Below are positions 10,405-19,483 of a stretch of 64,000 nucleotides of DNA, piece after piece. Under the pieces are notes generated by a model. The model was given only the letters and a program-made list of their open reading frames with translations. It ran no database searches and was not told where the DNA came from. This DNA is from Rhizomicrobium sp. (GTDB taxonomy: Bacteria > Pseudomonadota > Alphaproteobacteria > Micropepsales > Micropepsaceae). Location of the stretch: assembly GCA_036267515.1 (NCBI GenBank), contig DATAVW010000076.1, positions 2,567 through 66,566 on the forward strand, in the 5' to 3' direction. The number at the start of each line of letters is the position of its first letter. The stretch's first letter is position 1. The translations under genes were made by a program, and so were the position numbers.

Positions 10405-11508
10405 TCAATCCGCCATCCCCGCAATGTAGTTCCCGATTGCCAGCGAGGCGGTCAGTCCCGGCGACTCCATGCCGAAGAGATTCACGACGCCGGGCACGCC
10501 ATGAGATTGCGGGCCCGAAATCAAAAAATCACGGCTCGCCTCATTCAGGGCGGTAAGCTTCGGACGGATGCCGGCGTAAGCTGGATACAGCCGAGACGCA
10601 TCCAATGCCGGCCAATACTCGCGGATCACTGCGGCGAACAGCGTGACGCGTGTCGGATCGACGGCATAGTCGATGCGTTCGACCCACTCGGTGTCGGGGC
10701 CAAAGCGCGCGGCGCCGCTCAAATCGAGGGTCATGTGAATGCCTAGGTGACCGCCGGGCTTAGGCACCGGGTACACCAAGCGCGAAAACGGCGCTGCACC
10801 CGACAGGGAAAAATAACTGCCCTTGGCAAAACCGATCTTCGGAATGTGCTTCGAGGGGAAGCCCTCGATGCAAGCGGCGACTTGATCCGACTGCAATCCT
10901 GCGGAATTGACGACCATGCGGGCTCGAGCCGCCGGTTTACGATCCTCGTTAACCGCAAGCTCAATACCGCCGGGCGTCGGACGCAGGGCGCTAACCGCGG
11001 TGCCATAGGCGATGGTGGCGCCGGCCGCTTCGGCATCCGCCAGCAGCGCCTGCATCAGGCTGTGCGAGTCGATGATCCCCGTGGATGGCGAAGCAAGCGC
11101 GCGAACGCACTGCAGCTGCGGCTCGGCACGCCGCGCTTGGCTGCCGTCCAGCCACGTCAAGTCCTGGACGCCGCTCAAGCGGGCGTTGGCGGCAATTTTC
11201 TCCAGTGTCGCCACCTGAGCAGCGCTGGTCGCGACGGTGAACTTGCCGCAGCGGCGATGCGGGATGCCGCGCTCGGCGCAATAGGCGTACAGCAGGTCGC
11301 GGCCGGCAACGCAGAGGCGCGCCTTGAGCGAATTAGGCTCGTAGTGGATGCCGGCATGAATCACTTCGCTGTTGCGAGAGCTGGTGTGCATGCCGAACCG
11401 GCGCTCGCGCTCGAGAATGAATACCTCCCGGCCGGTGCGCGCCAGCGAACGGGCAACGGCCAGGCCGATGACCCCGGCGCCGATCACGATGCAATCGACA
11501 TCGTTCAA
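10405..11508 (-). CDS. FAD-dependent oxidoreductase, L-2-hydroxyglutarate oxidase (LhgO) family
   Basis: GAGVIG, TSSRNSEVIHAG, GIHMTLDL, YAGIRPK, GMESPGLTAS. Confidence 0.85.
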   Translation of the reverse strand: MNDVDCIVIGAGVIGLAVARSLARTGREVFILERERRFGMHTSSRNSEVIHAGIHYEPNSLKARLCVAGRDLLYAYCAERGIPHRRCGKFTVATSAAQVATLEKIAANARLSGVQDLTWLDGSQARRAEPQLQCVRALASPSTGIIDSHSLMQALLADAEAAGATIAYGTAVSALRPTPGGIELAVNEDRKPAARARMVVNSAGLQSDQVAACIEGFPSKHIPKIGFAKGSYFSLSGAAPFSRLVYPVPKPGGHLGIHMTLDLSGAARFGPDTEWVERIDYAVDPTRVTLFAAVIREYWPALDASRLYPAYAGIRPKLTALNEASRDFLISGPQSHGVPGVVNLFGMESPGLTASLAIGNYIAGMAD

Positions 11509-11533
11509 GGGAACTCATCCCATCTGTCTAGAC

Positions 11534-11746
11534 TCACGCAAACGGATTCTCGAGCCGCACGCCCGTGGGCGAAAAATGTTCCGTATTTCGCGTTACCACC
11601 GTTAGATCGTGTATGAGAGCTGTAGCCGCGATCTGCTTATCCAACGGATTTTCAGGATCCGGAACCCTTAAGCGGCCCCACACGTGCGCAGTCTCCTCAT
11701 CAATCGGCAAGATCGCATCTGCGTACGCCTGGGCGGCCTCTATCAT
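11534..11746 (-). pseudogene. C-terminal half of a VapC/PIN-domain toxin
   Basis: ILPIDEETAHVWGRL...LDKQIAATALIHDLTVVTRNTEHF..TGVRLENPF; the N-terminal DTN motif and a vapB gene are missing. Confidence 0.75.
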
Positions 11747-12795
11747 GCAAGGCCCGATCCAGCCGCGGCCGCCAGAAATTCATCGACGTCGCTGCTCGCC
11801 GTCGCGTAGCAGGTCACCAGACGAATGGTCACGCCGGACTCGGGCTTGTGCAGCGGCCAGCGATAGAAATCAAAGCCCTGCATCTCCAAGCCGCGCGCCG
11901 TTTCCTCAGGCACCACCACGAACAATTCATTCGCCTGCACCGGATGCAGCAGCCGCGCGCCCGCAACGCCCTTCAAGCCCTCGGCCATGCGCAGCGCCAT
12001 GGCGTTGGCATGGCGAGCGTTGTTGAGCCACAGCTCATTCTTCAGATACGCAATCAGCTGCGCGCTGACGAAGCGGAGCTTCGCCATCAAATGGCCGGCG
12101 CGCTTGCGGCGCCGCTCGAAATCCCGCGCCATGGCGGGATCGAAAAACACCACCGCTTCGGCGCCGAGGGCTCCATTCTTGGTGGCGCCCAGCGAGAGCA
12201 CATCGACGCCGCATTTCCAGGTCGCCTGCGCGGGCGTGCAGCCTAAATGCGCCATCGCGTTGGCGAAGCGCGCACCGTCCATATGCACGGGCAGGCCATG
12301 CCGGCGAGCCGCGGCGCTGATCGCGGCCAGCTCCGCAAGACCGTAAACCGTTCCCCACTCCGTCGCTTGAGTCAATGTCACGGCGCCCGGCTTGACGTGA
12401 TGGATCCCAAGGTCCTCCGCAAACGCAACCGCCTTGGTCAGCTGCTCCGGGCGAATCTTGCCGTCGGCTGCCGGAAAACCGATCAGCTGAGCGCCGCCGG
12501 TGAAGAATCCGGGCGCGCCGGACTCGTCGGTGACGATGTGCGCCCCTTCATAGCAATAAATTGCACCAAAGGTGGGAACGATTTGCGACAGCGCCAGCGC
12601 GTTGGCCGCGGTGCCGCTGGTGACCGGAAATACCGCGACCTGCTTTTCGAATAACTCGCTCGCAACGGACTGCAGTTTGGCCGTCAGCTCATCGCCGCCG
12701 TAAGAGGTAACGAAGCCTTCGTTCGCCTTGTGCACGGCGGACAGGATGGCATCGCATGCCGGAGCGACATGGTCGCTGCTGAAATTCCGACCCAA
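11743..12795 (-). CDS. ltaE: Low-specificity L-threonine aldolase
   Basis: NFSSDH, SYGGD, SGTAANALAL, HMDGARFANA, LGATKNG (PLP Lys); TTG start at 12795 after RBS GAAGGAG. Confidence 0.88.
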   Translation of the reverse strand: MGRNFSSDHVAPACDAILSAVHKANEGFVTSYGGDELTAKLQSVASELFEKQVAVFPVTSGTAANALALSQIVPTFGAIYCYEGAHIVTDESGAPGFFTGGAQLIGFPAADGKIRPEQLTKAVAFAEDLGIHHVKPGAVTLTQATEWGTVYGLAELAAISAAARRHGLPVHMDGARFANAMAHLGCTPAQATWKCGVDVLSLGATKNGALGAEAVVFFDPAMARDFERRRKRAGHLMAKLRFVSAQLIAYLKNELWLNNARHANAMALRMAEGLKGVAGARLLHPVQANELFVVVPEETARGLEMQGFDFYRWPLHKPESGVTIRLVTCYATASSDVDEFLAAAAGSGLA

Positions 12796-12868
12796 GAGTG
12801 CTCCTTCAGAAGTCTGAGCCGAGGATAAAGTATGTGCAGCGGATTGTACTCGCACCGCAACATTCGCG

Positions 12869-13582
12869 TCATCGCCGCCAGTCCTTCGCCAGAAACTCAT
12901 GGTTCTCACCCTCGCGCTGCCAAATCGCCGCCTCGGGCCGGACCGTGAGCAGCCAAACGTGTTGCTCCAAGGGAAGGCGCGGCTTGAAGCAGCGGGGACT
13001 CAACACGGCGACCGCGCCCGCATGCTCGGGATCGCGCACCGACTCATAGCGGATCGCATCGACCTTGGCCTGCCGTGCAACCTGAGCGAAGCGCTGTGAG
13101 GCGCTGTAATCATTGGGATTCGTCCAGTCGGAACGGGCGCGCTTGAAGGGAGCCTCGGTCAGATCGATCATCCGGCCATCGATCCCCGCGCGAAATACGG
13201 TCTGCGGCGAGGGACCTAGGCTGTCCAACCCGGCGGAATCCATCAGAAAGCGCCAGCGCCAGAATCCCAATTCCGCGCAGGCGGTGCGCTCTTTTTCCGC
13301 CCCATACCAGACGCCCGCATCCGCCGCCGCGCGGAATCGCGAGCCGATCGGTGAGACATAGCGAAACGGCGTCGCCAACAAATAGTGCAGGTCGGCAGCC
13401 TCCTTCGGCAGCGCAGGCTTGCTTTTGTCCAAGATGCGCTCGAGCAGCAGCTGCTCCTCGAGGTTCGCCACCAGACGCAAGGTCGAAGCGATGTGTTGGG
13501 CCTCGACGGCCCGCCACAGCCGCCGCGTAGCCCGATCCGCCTCAGAGGCGACCGCGGGCGGCGTCCAAATATTGGACGACAC
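12869..13582 (-). CDS. RES-domain toxin (NAD+ phosphorylase/ART-like)
   Basis: R (LWRAVE), GSRF, E (WYGAE..TACAE) and S (IRYESVRD) motifs; overlaps the upstream antitoxin. Confidence 0.88.
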   Translation of the reverse strand: MSSNIWTPPAVASEADRATRRLWRAVEAQHIASTLRLVANLEEQLLLERILDKSKPALPKEAADLHYLLATPFRYVSPIGSRFRAAADAGVWYGAEKERTACAELGFWRWRFLMDSAGLDSLGPSPQTVFRAGIDGRMIDLTEAPFKRARSDWTNPNDYSASQRFAQVARQAKVDAIRYESVRDPEHAGAVAVLSPRCFKPRLPLEQHVWLLTVRPEAAIWQREGENHEFLAKDWRR

Positions 13583-13919
13583 GAACCAACCCCTCGGTGC
13601 TGCGTATCAAATCGACCGGCTTGGCCTTGAGCGCGCTGTTCTCGCCGCGGAGCCAGTGCCGCGCGGCGGAATCGTTGGAGCCGATCACCGCGTCCAGCGA
13701 GCGGAACAAACGCACGAATAGCGCGCCAAGCTCCCACTCCTTTTTTTGATCATCCAGGGTGTAGGCCCCATTGGCCATGCGCGAGATGGTCGAGGCGCTC
13801 AAGCCGAGAATTTGCGCAAGACTCGATTGCGTTATTTCCAGCAGCGCGCAGGCGCGCAGCACCGCGCCGGTCAAGACCAGGCGCGGCTCGGGTTTCGACT
13901 TGGCATGGGCACGCGGCAT
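13542..13919 (-). CDS. Xre/MbcA/ParS antitoxin
   Basis: HTH (LAQILGLSASTISRM) plus C-terminal ARHWLRGEN.AL...P..LI...EGLVRVVQYLDA. Confidence 0.88.
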   Translation of the reverse strand: MPRAHAKSKPEPRLVLTGAVLRACALLEITQSSLAQILGLSASTISRMANGAYTLDDQKKEWELGALFVRLFRSLDAVIGSNDSAARHWLRGENSALKAKPVDLIRSTEGLVRVVQYLDAARGRL

Positions 13920-13982
13920 GAATGCCTACAGAAATAATTTATACCTTTTCATTCTAGCGAAATATCGCCGGAATGGCAAAAA

Positions 13983-15116
13983 TCAGCTCAGCTGATGGTA
14001 AATGCCGGTATTCGACGGCGGCGGGCGCTTGCTGTTGAGCTTGATGTTGAGGCGCAGCTCATTGGCGGAGTCGGCATTGCGGATCGCTTCGTCGTAGTCG
14101 ATGACGCCGTTGTTGTACAGCTCGAACAGCGACCAATCGAAGGTGCGCATGCCCTGCTCCTGCGACTTGCCCATGATCTCCTTGAGCTCGTGAAACTCGC
14201 CCTTCAAGAGCTTGTCGGAGACGATCGGCGTGTTGAGCAGGATTTCGATCGCGGCAATGCGGCCGCTGCCGTCTTCCTTGCGCACCAAACGCTGGGAAAT
14301 GATGCTCTTGAGATTGCTCGACAGATCCATGAGCAGCTGCTTGCGCCGCTCCTCGGGGAAGAAATTGATGATGCGGTCGAGGGTTTGACTGGCGCTGTTG
14401 GAATGCAGCGTGCTCATGCACAAGTGCCCGGTCTCGGCAAACGAAATGGCGTGCTCCATGGTTTCGGCATCGCGGACCTCGCCGATTAAAATCACATCGG
14501 GCGCCTGGCGCAGCGTATTTTTCAGGGCGTGATGCCAGGAATGCGTGTCGATGCCGACGTCGCGGTGCGTCATCAGCGACATCTGCGACTGGTGGATGAA
14601 CTCCACCGGGTCCTCGATGGTGACGATATGGCCCGGCGAGGAACGGTTGCGATGATCGATCATCGCGGCCAGCGAGGTCGATTTACCCGAGCCGGTGGCG
14701 CCGACGACCAGCACCATGCCGCGCTTGGTCATGACGATTTCCTTGAAGGTCTCGGGTAATCCCAACTGTTCGAAAGTCGGCATTTCATTGGGGATGGTGC
14801 GAATGACCAGGCCGACGTTCAGCTGCTGCATGAATACATTGACCCGATACCGCGCCAGATCCGGAATGGCCAGGGAGAAGTTGCATTCCAGCTCCTTGGC
14901 GAACTCGGCGCGTTGGCGCTCGCTCATGATCGAGTGCGCGAGTTCGCGCGTCACATCGGCGGTGAGTTTTTGGGTCGCCAGCGGCTGCATCTTCCCCTGG
15001 ATCTTCATGCTTGGCGGGAAGTCCTTCGAGACGAACAGGTCAGACCCGCCGGCGCGCGTCATGGCGCCGAGCAGCTTGACCATGTAAGACTTGGCTTGTT
15101 CTTCGCTCAATGCCAT
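13983..15116 (-). CDS. pilU: PilT/PilU-family type IV pilus retraction ATPase (PilU-like)
   Basis: GSDLF, Walker A GATGSGKST, TIEDPVE, LRQAPDVILIGEVRD, GHLCMSTLH, C-terminal AIRNADSANELRL. Confidence 0.9.
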   Translation of the reverse strand: MALSEEQAKSYMVKLLGAMTRAGGSDLFVSKDFPPSMKIQGKMQPLATQKLTADVTRELAHSIMSERQRAEFAKELECNFSLAIPDLARYRVNVFMQQLNVGLVIRTIPNEMPTFEQLGLPETFKEIVMTKRGMVLVVGATGSGKSTSLAAMIDHRNRSSPGHIVTIEDPVEFIHQSQMSLMTHRDVGIDTHSWHHALKNTLRQAPDVILIGEVRDAETMEHAISFAETGHLCMSTLHSNSASQTLDRIINFFPEERRKQLLMDLSSNLKSIISQRLVRKEDGSGRIAAIEILLNTPIVSDKLLKGEFHELKEIMGKSQEQGMRTFDWSLFELYNNGVIDYDEAIRNADSANELRLNIKLNSKRPPPSNTGIYHQLS

Positions 15117-15246
15117 TTGCCACCATCCCACCCGTGTGCCAGCCGCAAATATAGGCCGTGGCCCCACTCAAGGACCGCGACGGAGTTAACATACAGCGGT
15201 TTACGGGCGGCAATAAGCCTCAAGGGAGCCGCTTTTCAGCTCAGGA

Positions 15247-15318
15247 TCAGCTGGGATTCAGCATCGAGCCGATGAACAGCAGCTCTCCGCTCTGATCGTC
15301 GCGGATGGCATCAAGGAA
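15247..15318 (-). pseudogene. 3' remnant of a serpin gene
   Basis: Manual translation FLDAIRDDQSGELLFIGSMLNPS* resembles the serpin C-terminal signature (PFLF.IRD..TG.ILFMG.V.NP); no start codon or N-terminus. Confidence 0.55.
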
Positions 15319-15338
15319 TTGCCGCAGCGCGATGACAA

Positions 15339-16001
15339 CTAGCGATGCGGTGCCTGGGTGCGCCAACGCTGGGTGAATTCGTGCCGGTCGGTCTCGGTTT
15401 CCAGTTCCGTCGCGACCTGACGCACGAGTTCCTCGAGATTGGGTGCTCGAGAGGCGGCGGTCTTCACCAAGTGCCTGGCAATGGGGCCGATATAGCCGGC
15501 CAGCAGCCGCTCGATGCGCACCACCTCAGAGGGTTCCAGCGGCGCTGCGGCCCCCAGAACCGGCGCCGGCTGCGTGGCGGCAGTGTCCGGCGGCGACGGC
15601 CGCGCCAGGTGAGCCCTAAGATAGTCGCACAGCCGCGCATAGTGCGGCTCGCGCGGCGGCGGAAATGCGTCCAGCCAATGTTGAGCGCTCAAGAAATATT
15701 CCAGGCTCTTGGAGGGCAGCACGTTCTCGATGCGAAACGGCAATATGCTGACTTGCTTATGCACCGCGCGCTCCACCTCGCGGCGCACCTGGGGCGAGGC
15801 GTTGCTGCTCGCAGAGAAGACTAAAATCATCACGCGCGAATTGGAAATGGCGTCGATGATTTCCGCCGCCCAGTCTGCCGAGGGTGCAATATCGCGCGGC
15901 GCGATCCAGCAATTTATGCCTTCCCGTTCGACGCGGGCCACCAATTCCACGGCGCAATCATAGTCCGGCTGCGAGTAACTGATGAAAACATCGCGCTCCA
16001 T
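15339..16001 (-). CDS. TIR-domain protein (TIR_2) with Pro-rich linker and small C-terminal helical domain
   Basis: DVFISYS, CWIAPRDI, IIDAI, SPQVRREV (catalytic Glu position), ILPFRIE; C-terminal LAGYIGPIARHLVKTAA. Confidence 0.9.
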   Translation of the reverse strand: MERDVFISYSQPDYDCAVELVARVEREGINCWIAPRDIAPSADWAAEIIDAISNSRVMILVFSASSNASPQVRREVERAVHKQVSILPFRIENVLPSKSLEYFLSAQHWLDAFPPPREPHYARLCDYLRAHLARPSPPDTAATQPAPVLGAAAPLEPSEVVRIERLLAGYIGPIARHLVKTAASRAPNLEELVRQVATELETETDRHEFTQRWRTQAPHR

Positions 16002-16007
16002 GGCTCT

Positions 16008-16877
16008 TTAAGTCCCCAGCAGGCGCAGCGCCTTCTCGAGGCTCTTGCGCATGCGCTCGAACGAGCGCGCTACGGAAGCGATCTCCGTGGCGCCCCCCGC
16101 CGGGAAATCTTCCGTCGAGGTGTCGCCGAGACTCACCCGATCCGCAACCGCCGCGATGCGCCGGACCGGCCGCACCACCAAGCGGTACAGCAAAATATTC
16201 ACCACCCCGAACGCGGCGGCAAATACCGCCGCCAGCAAGATCATGAATGCGCGGAATTCCTTGCCGGCATTGGATGCCGCGCTGGCAAAAGGCACGGACA
16301 CCACCTGCGCGGCCACGACTTCGTTCGGCTGCCAACCAAAGCCGTTGTCGCCGCCGTAGCGCGCGATCAAGCTGGCCGGTGCCGCCGCGGGCGTGCTGTG
16401 GCAAACGAGACACTCCGGCTTGGCTCGGATCGGCCGTGCGAGATACAGGGATCTTCCCATGGGGGTGTCGCGCACGCCGACGACTTGTTGCGTCTGCGAA
16501 TCATTGCGAAACCGCTGAATGATGTCGCTCTCCCAATCCGCGGCGCGATCGCGGGGATTGGTCGGGTTGAGCGTCGCTTCCTTGTAGGCGTACTCGGGAT
16601 GATGTTCGTGAAACTTCAGAAAATTCTGCGTTGCCGCATAGGAAGGCACGCTTTGCGGCGGAAACTCATCCTTCATGCGCGCCGAAATCAGCGGCAAAAT
16701 CTCATTTGCAGTATAAGTGCGCACGGCGGCGGCGCTATCCATCATCAACCCTGCCTCGGCAAGCACTTCGCGCTGGGAATTGGCTTCCAGCATGGCCCAG
16801 CAGACGTAGCCTGCGAGCAGCGCGGCAATCAAGAATACGCCGCCCAGCGCGGCATTGATTCGAAACAACAGACTCAT
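16008..16877 (-). CDS. Membrane sensor: DUF3365/Tll0287-like c-heme domain plus HAMP, no output domain
   Basis: TM1; periplasmic YKEATLNPTNPRD and CLVCH (CxxCH); TM2; HAMP (RPVRRIAAVADRVSLGD...EIASVARSFERM); then stop. Confidence 0.88.
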   Translation of the reverse strand: MSLLFRINAALGGVFLIAALLAGYVCWAMLEANSQREVLAEAGLMMDSAAAVRTYTANEILPLISARMKDEFPPQSVPSYAATQNFLKFHEHHPEYAYKEATLNPTNPRDRAADWESDIIQRFRNDSQTQQVVGVRDTPMGRSLYLARPIRAKPECLVCHSTPAAAPASLIARYGGDNGFGWQPNEVVAAQVVSVPFASAASNAGKEFRAFMILLAAVFAAAFGVVNILLYRLVVRPVRRIAAVADRVSLGDTSTEDFPAGGATEIASVARSFERMRKSLEKALRLLGT

Positions 16878-16943
16878 GGTGCAATCGGCATTTAGGATGC
16901 CTTATAAAAGTGTAAGCGCGCAGGCGCCGCATTGTACACAGTC

Positions 16944-17594
16944 TTAGCCGCGCAGACGTCCTTTGAGATCGTCGTGGGTCGACTTGATATGCGCCTGCAT
17001 GAGAGCGCGCGCTTCCCGTGATTTTCCTGCGCTCCATGCCCGCAAGAGTGCGGCATGCTCGCGCGTCGCGCGGTTTGCCCGGCCTTCGGGACGCAGATGG
17101 GCTTGCACATAGCGCTGCGCGAGGGTGTGCAGCCGGCTCAAGATCTCGGCCGCCACGGGCTGCAGGCGCGGCACGGTGAGCAACAGATGAAAGGCGCGAT
17201 TGAGCTGCCCGGATGAGGCGAATTCGCCGGCGCTCGTTGCATCATTCAACTGCTCCAGGGCACCGCGCGCCGCGGCTTGATCGGAGGCGCCCGCGAGCTT
17301 CGCGCCCCGCGCCACGGCAATGGGTTCGATTTGCAGTCGCAGCGTGAACACTTCGTCCAATTCCGCGCCGGCGAGCGGCCGTACCTGAAAACCGCGATTC
17401 GGAAAGATATCGACCAGGCCTTCGGATTGCAGCTGGACGAGCGCTTCGCGCACCGGAATTTTGCTGGTGCCGAATTCGGCAGCCAGGCTGTCCTGGCGCA
17501 GCGGCGAACCCGGCGCGTAGGCGCCGGAAAGGATGCGGTCGCGAAAGCGCACGATCAGCTGGCTGGTCATCGATTGCACCAGCGGCGCGGTCAT
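16944..17594 (-). CDS. GntR/FCD transcriptional regulator
   Basis: LAAEFGTSKIPVREALVQL wHTH, PNRGF, FCD NRAFH and EH. Confidence 0.92.
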   Translation of the reverse strand: MTAPLVQSMTSQLIVRFRDRILSGAYAPGSPLRQDSLAAEFGTSKIPVREALVQLQSEGLVDIFPNRGFQVRPLAGAELDEVFTLRLQIEPIAVARGAKLAGASDQAAARGALEQLNDATSAGEFASSGQLNRAFHLLLTVPRLQPVAAEILSRLHTLAQRYVQAHLRPEGRANRATREHAALLRAWSAGKSREARALMQAHIKSTHDDLKGRLRG

Positions 17595-18523
17595 GCGCGA
17601 ATGCCCCAGCAGAAAGGATCATCGGGATCGAGCCGCAGCAGATTTTCGCCCGTCACATACGCCATGCCGGTGATGATCGGCACGACCTCACCGCGACTGC
17701 GATCATGCCACCGATAGCGGGCTTCGAAGCTGCTGCCGATCAGGCTTTCCTGGACCCACGTTGCGCCCTCCTGCAGCTTGCCGTCAGCCGCAAGGCAGGC
17801 GAGCTTCGCGCTCGTGCCCGTGCCGCAAGGCGAGCGGTCATAGGCCTTGCCGGGACAGAGCACGAAATTGCGGCTGTTGCCGCCGGGAAGAACCGCATCG
17901 CCGAAAAGCTCGACATGATCCACCAGGGGATGTCCCTGCGCGTTGAGCGCCGCGCGCACCCGCCAGGCAAAATCAGTCATGGTTTCCACATGCGGCAGAT
18001 CGATCGCCTGCCCGTGCTCCGACACCAAGAAGAACCAGTTGCCTCCCCAGGCGACATCGCCGACCACGCGGCCGATCCCAGCCGCTTCCACGGCCACATT
18101 CGCATGCGAGCGGTGACTCACCACGTTGGCTACGCTGACCCGTCCGTCTGCACCCAACTCCACGTCCACGGCGCCCACCGGCGTGTCGATCTTGAACGCG
18201 CCCGGCATGATCTTGCCGGCATGCTTGAGGGAGGCCATCAAGCCGATGGTGCCGTGTCCGCACATCCCCAAGTAGCCGACGTTATTGAAATAAATCACGC
18301 CGAATTGGCAGTCGGCGCGGTGCGGCGGGACCAGCAAGGCACCGACCAGGGGATCCGAGCCGCGCGGCTCGTTCACGATGGCGCTGCGGTAGTCATCGAA
18401 ATGCTCGCGAAAGCGCTGCAAACGCGCAGGCATCGGGCCGTCGCCCAGATTCGGGCCGCCCTCGAGCACCAGGCGCGTGGGTTCCCCAGCGGTGTGAGAA
18501 TCGATGACCCGAATCGAATGCAT
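17591..18523 (-). CDS. 4-hydroxyproline 2-epimerase (proline racemase family)
   Basis: DSHTAGEPTR, EPRG, MCGHGT and DRSPCGTGT (two catalytic Cys). Confidence 0.92.
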   Translation of the reverse strand: MHSIRVIDSHTAGEPTRLVLEGGPNLGDGPMPARLQRFREHFDDYRSAIVNEPRGSDPLVGALLVPPHRADCQFGVIYFNNVGYLGMCGHGTIGLMASLKHAGKIMPGAFKIDTPVGAVDVELGADGRVSVANVVSHRSHANVAVEAAGIGRVVGDVAWGGNWFFLVSEHGQAIDLPHVETMTDFAWRVRAALNAQGHPLVDHVELFGDAVLPGGNSRNFVLCPGKAYDRSPCGTGTSAKLACLAADGKLQEGATWVQESLIGSSFEARYRWHDRSRGEVVPIITGMAYVTGENLLRLDPDDPFCWGIRA

Positions 18524-18524
18524 C

Positions 18525-19427
18525 CTAAGGCCGGGCGTCGCGCGCGCGCTCGATCATCGCGATCACTTCGGCGCGGCGTTCGCCTGCCAGCGGCAGCCGC
18601 GGCGGACGCACACGCTCGGAGCCGCGCCCCATGATTTGCTCGGCGAGCTTGATGGACTGCACCAGATCATGCTCGGCGTCCAAGTGCAGCAGCGGCATGA
18701 ACCAACGGTAGATGCGGCGCGCCCGCTCGAGATCGTCCTTGCGCAGCGCCTCATACAGCGCCAAGGACTCGGCCGGAAATGCGTTGGTGAGCCCGGATAC
18801 CCAACCCTTGGCGCCAAGCGTGAGTCCTTCGAACGCCACGTCGTCGAGTCCCGCGAACAACACGAAGCGCTCGCCGAACCGGTTGATGATGTCGGTGAAG
18901 CGGCGCGAATCGGGCGCGGATTCCTTGATCGCGACGATGTTCGGAACGCTTGCCAAGCGCTCGAGCGTACCCATGTCGATATTCACGCGGTAGGAAGGCG
19001 GATTGTTGTACAGCATGATGGGCAAGGAAGTGGCGGCCGCGACCGTTTTTAAATGATATTCGAGCTCGGCCGCGGCGGGCACGTAAACCATGGCCGGCAG
19101 CACCATGAGTCCGCTGGCGCCCAAGCGTTCCGCATCGCGGGCAAAATTGACGGCGGTCGCGGTGGTGAATTCCGAGACCCCGACGATGATGGGTGCCTGG
19201 CCGGCGCTCACCTCGACCGCCGCGCGCAAGACGCCGCGCTTCTCCTCGGCGCTGAGCGAATTGCCCTCGCCCACCGTGCCCATCAACACCAGGCCATGAA
19301 CGCCGTCATCGAGCAGGGCCTTCTGCACCCGCTGGGTCGCCGGCAGGTCGACTTGCATGGACGCATCGAATTGCGTGGTAGCCGCCGGATATACACCGGA
19401 CCAGGTGCAGCCGAGAGATTCAGTCAT
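18525..19427 (-). CDS. DapA-family enzyme, probable 1-pyrroline-4-hydroxy-2-carboxylate deaminase
   Basis: WSGVYPAATTQF, GTVGE, YNNP, AIKES, LVQSIKLAEQ; adjacent to the epimerase. Confidence 0.85.
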   Translation of the reverse strand: MTESLGCTWSGVYPAATTQFDASMQVDLPATQRVQKALLDDGVHGLVLMGTVGEGNSLSAEEKRGVLRAAVEVSAGQAPIIVGVSEFTTATAVNFARDAERLGASGLMVLPAMVYVPAAAELEYHLKTVAAATSLPIMLYNNPPSYRVNIDMGTLERLASVPNIVAIKESAPDSRRFTDIINRFGERFVLFAGLDDVAFEGLTLGAKGWVSGLTNAFPAESLALYEALRKDDLERARRIYRWFMPLLHLDAEHDLVQSIKLAEQIMGRGSERVRPPRLPLAGERRAEVIAMIERARDARP

Positions 19428-19457
19428 AGATGGCGTCCAAACAGGAGTTGCTTGCAG

Positions 19458-19475
19458 GATCGTAGATCGTATACG
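19458..19475. promoter_or_regulatory. Candidate GntR operator in the 56-bp divergent intergenic region
   Basis: Tandem GATCGTA-GATCGTA overlapping the palindrome CGTATACG. Confidence 0.45.
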
Positions 19476-19483
19476 GTGGGGCC

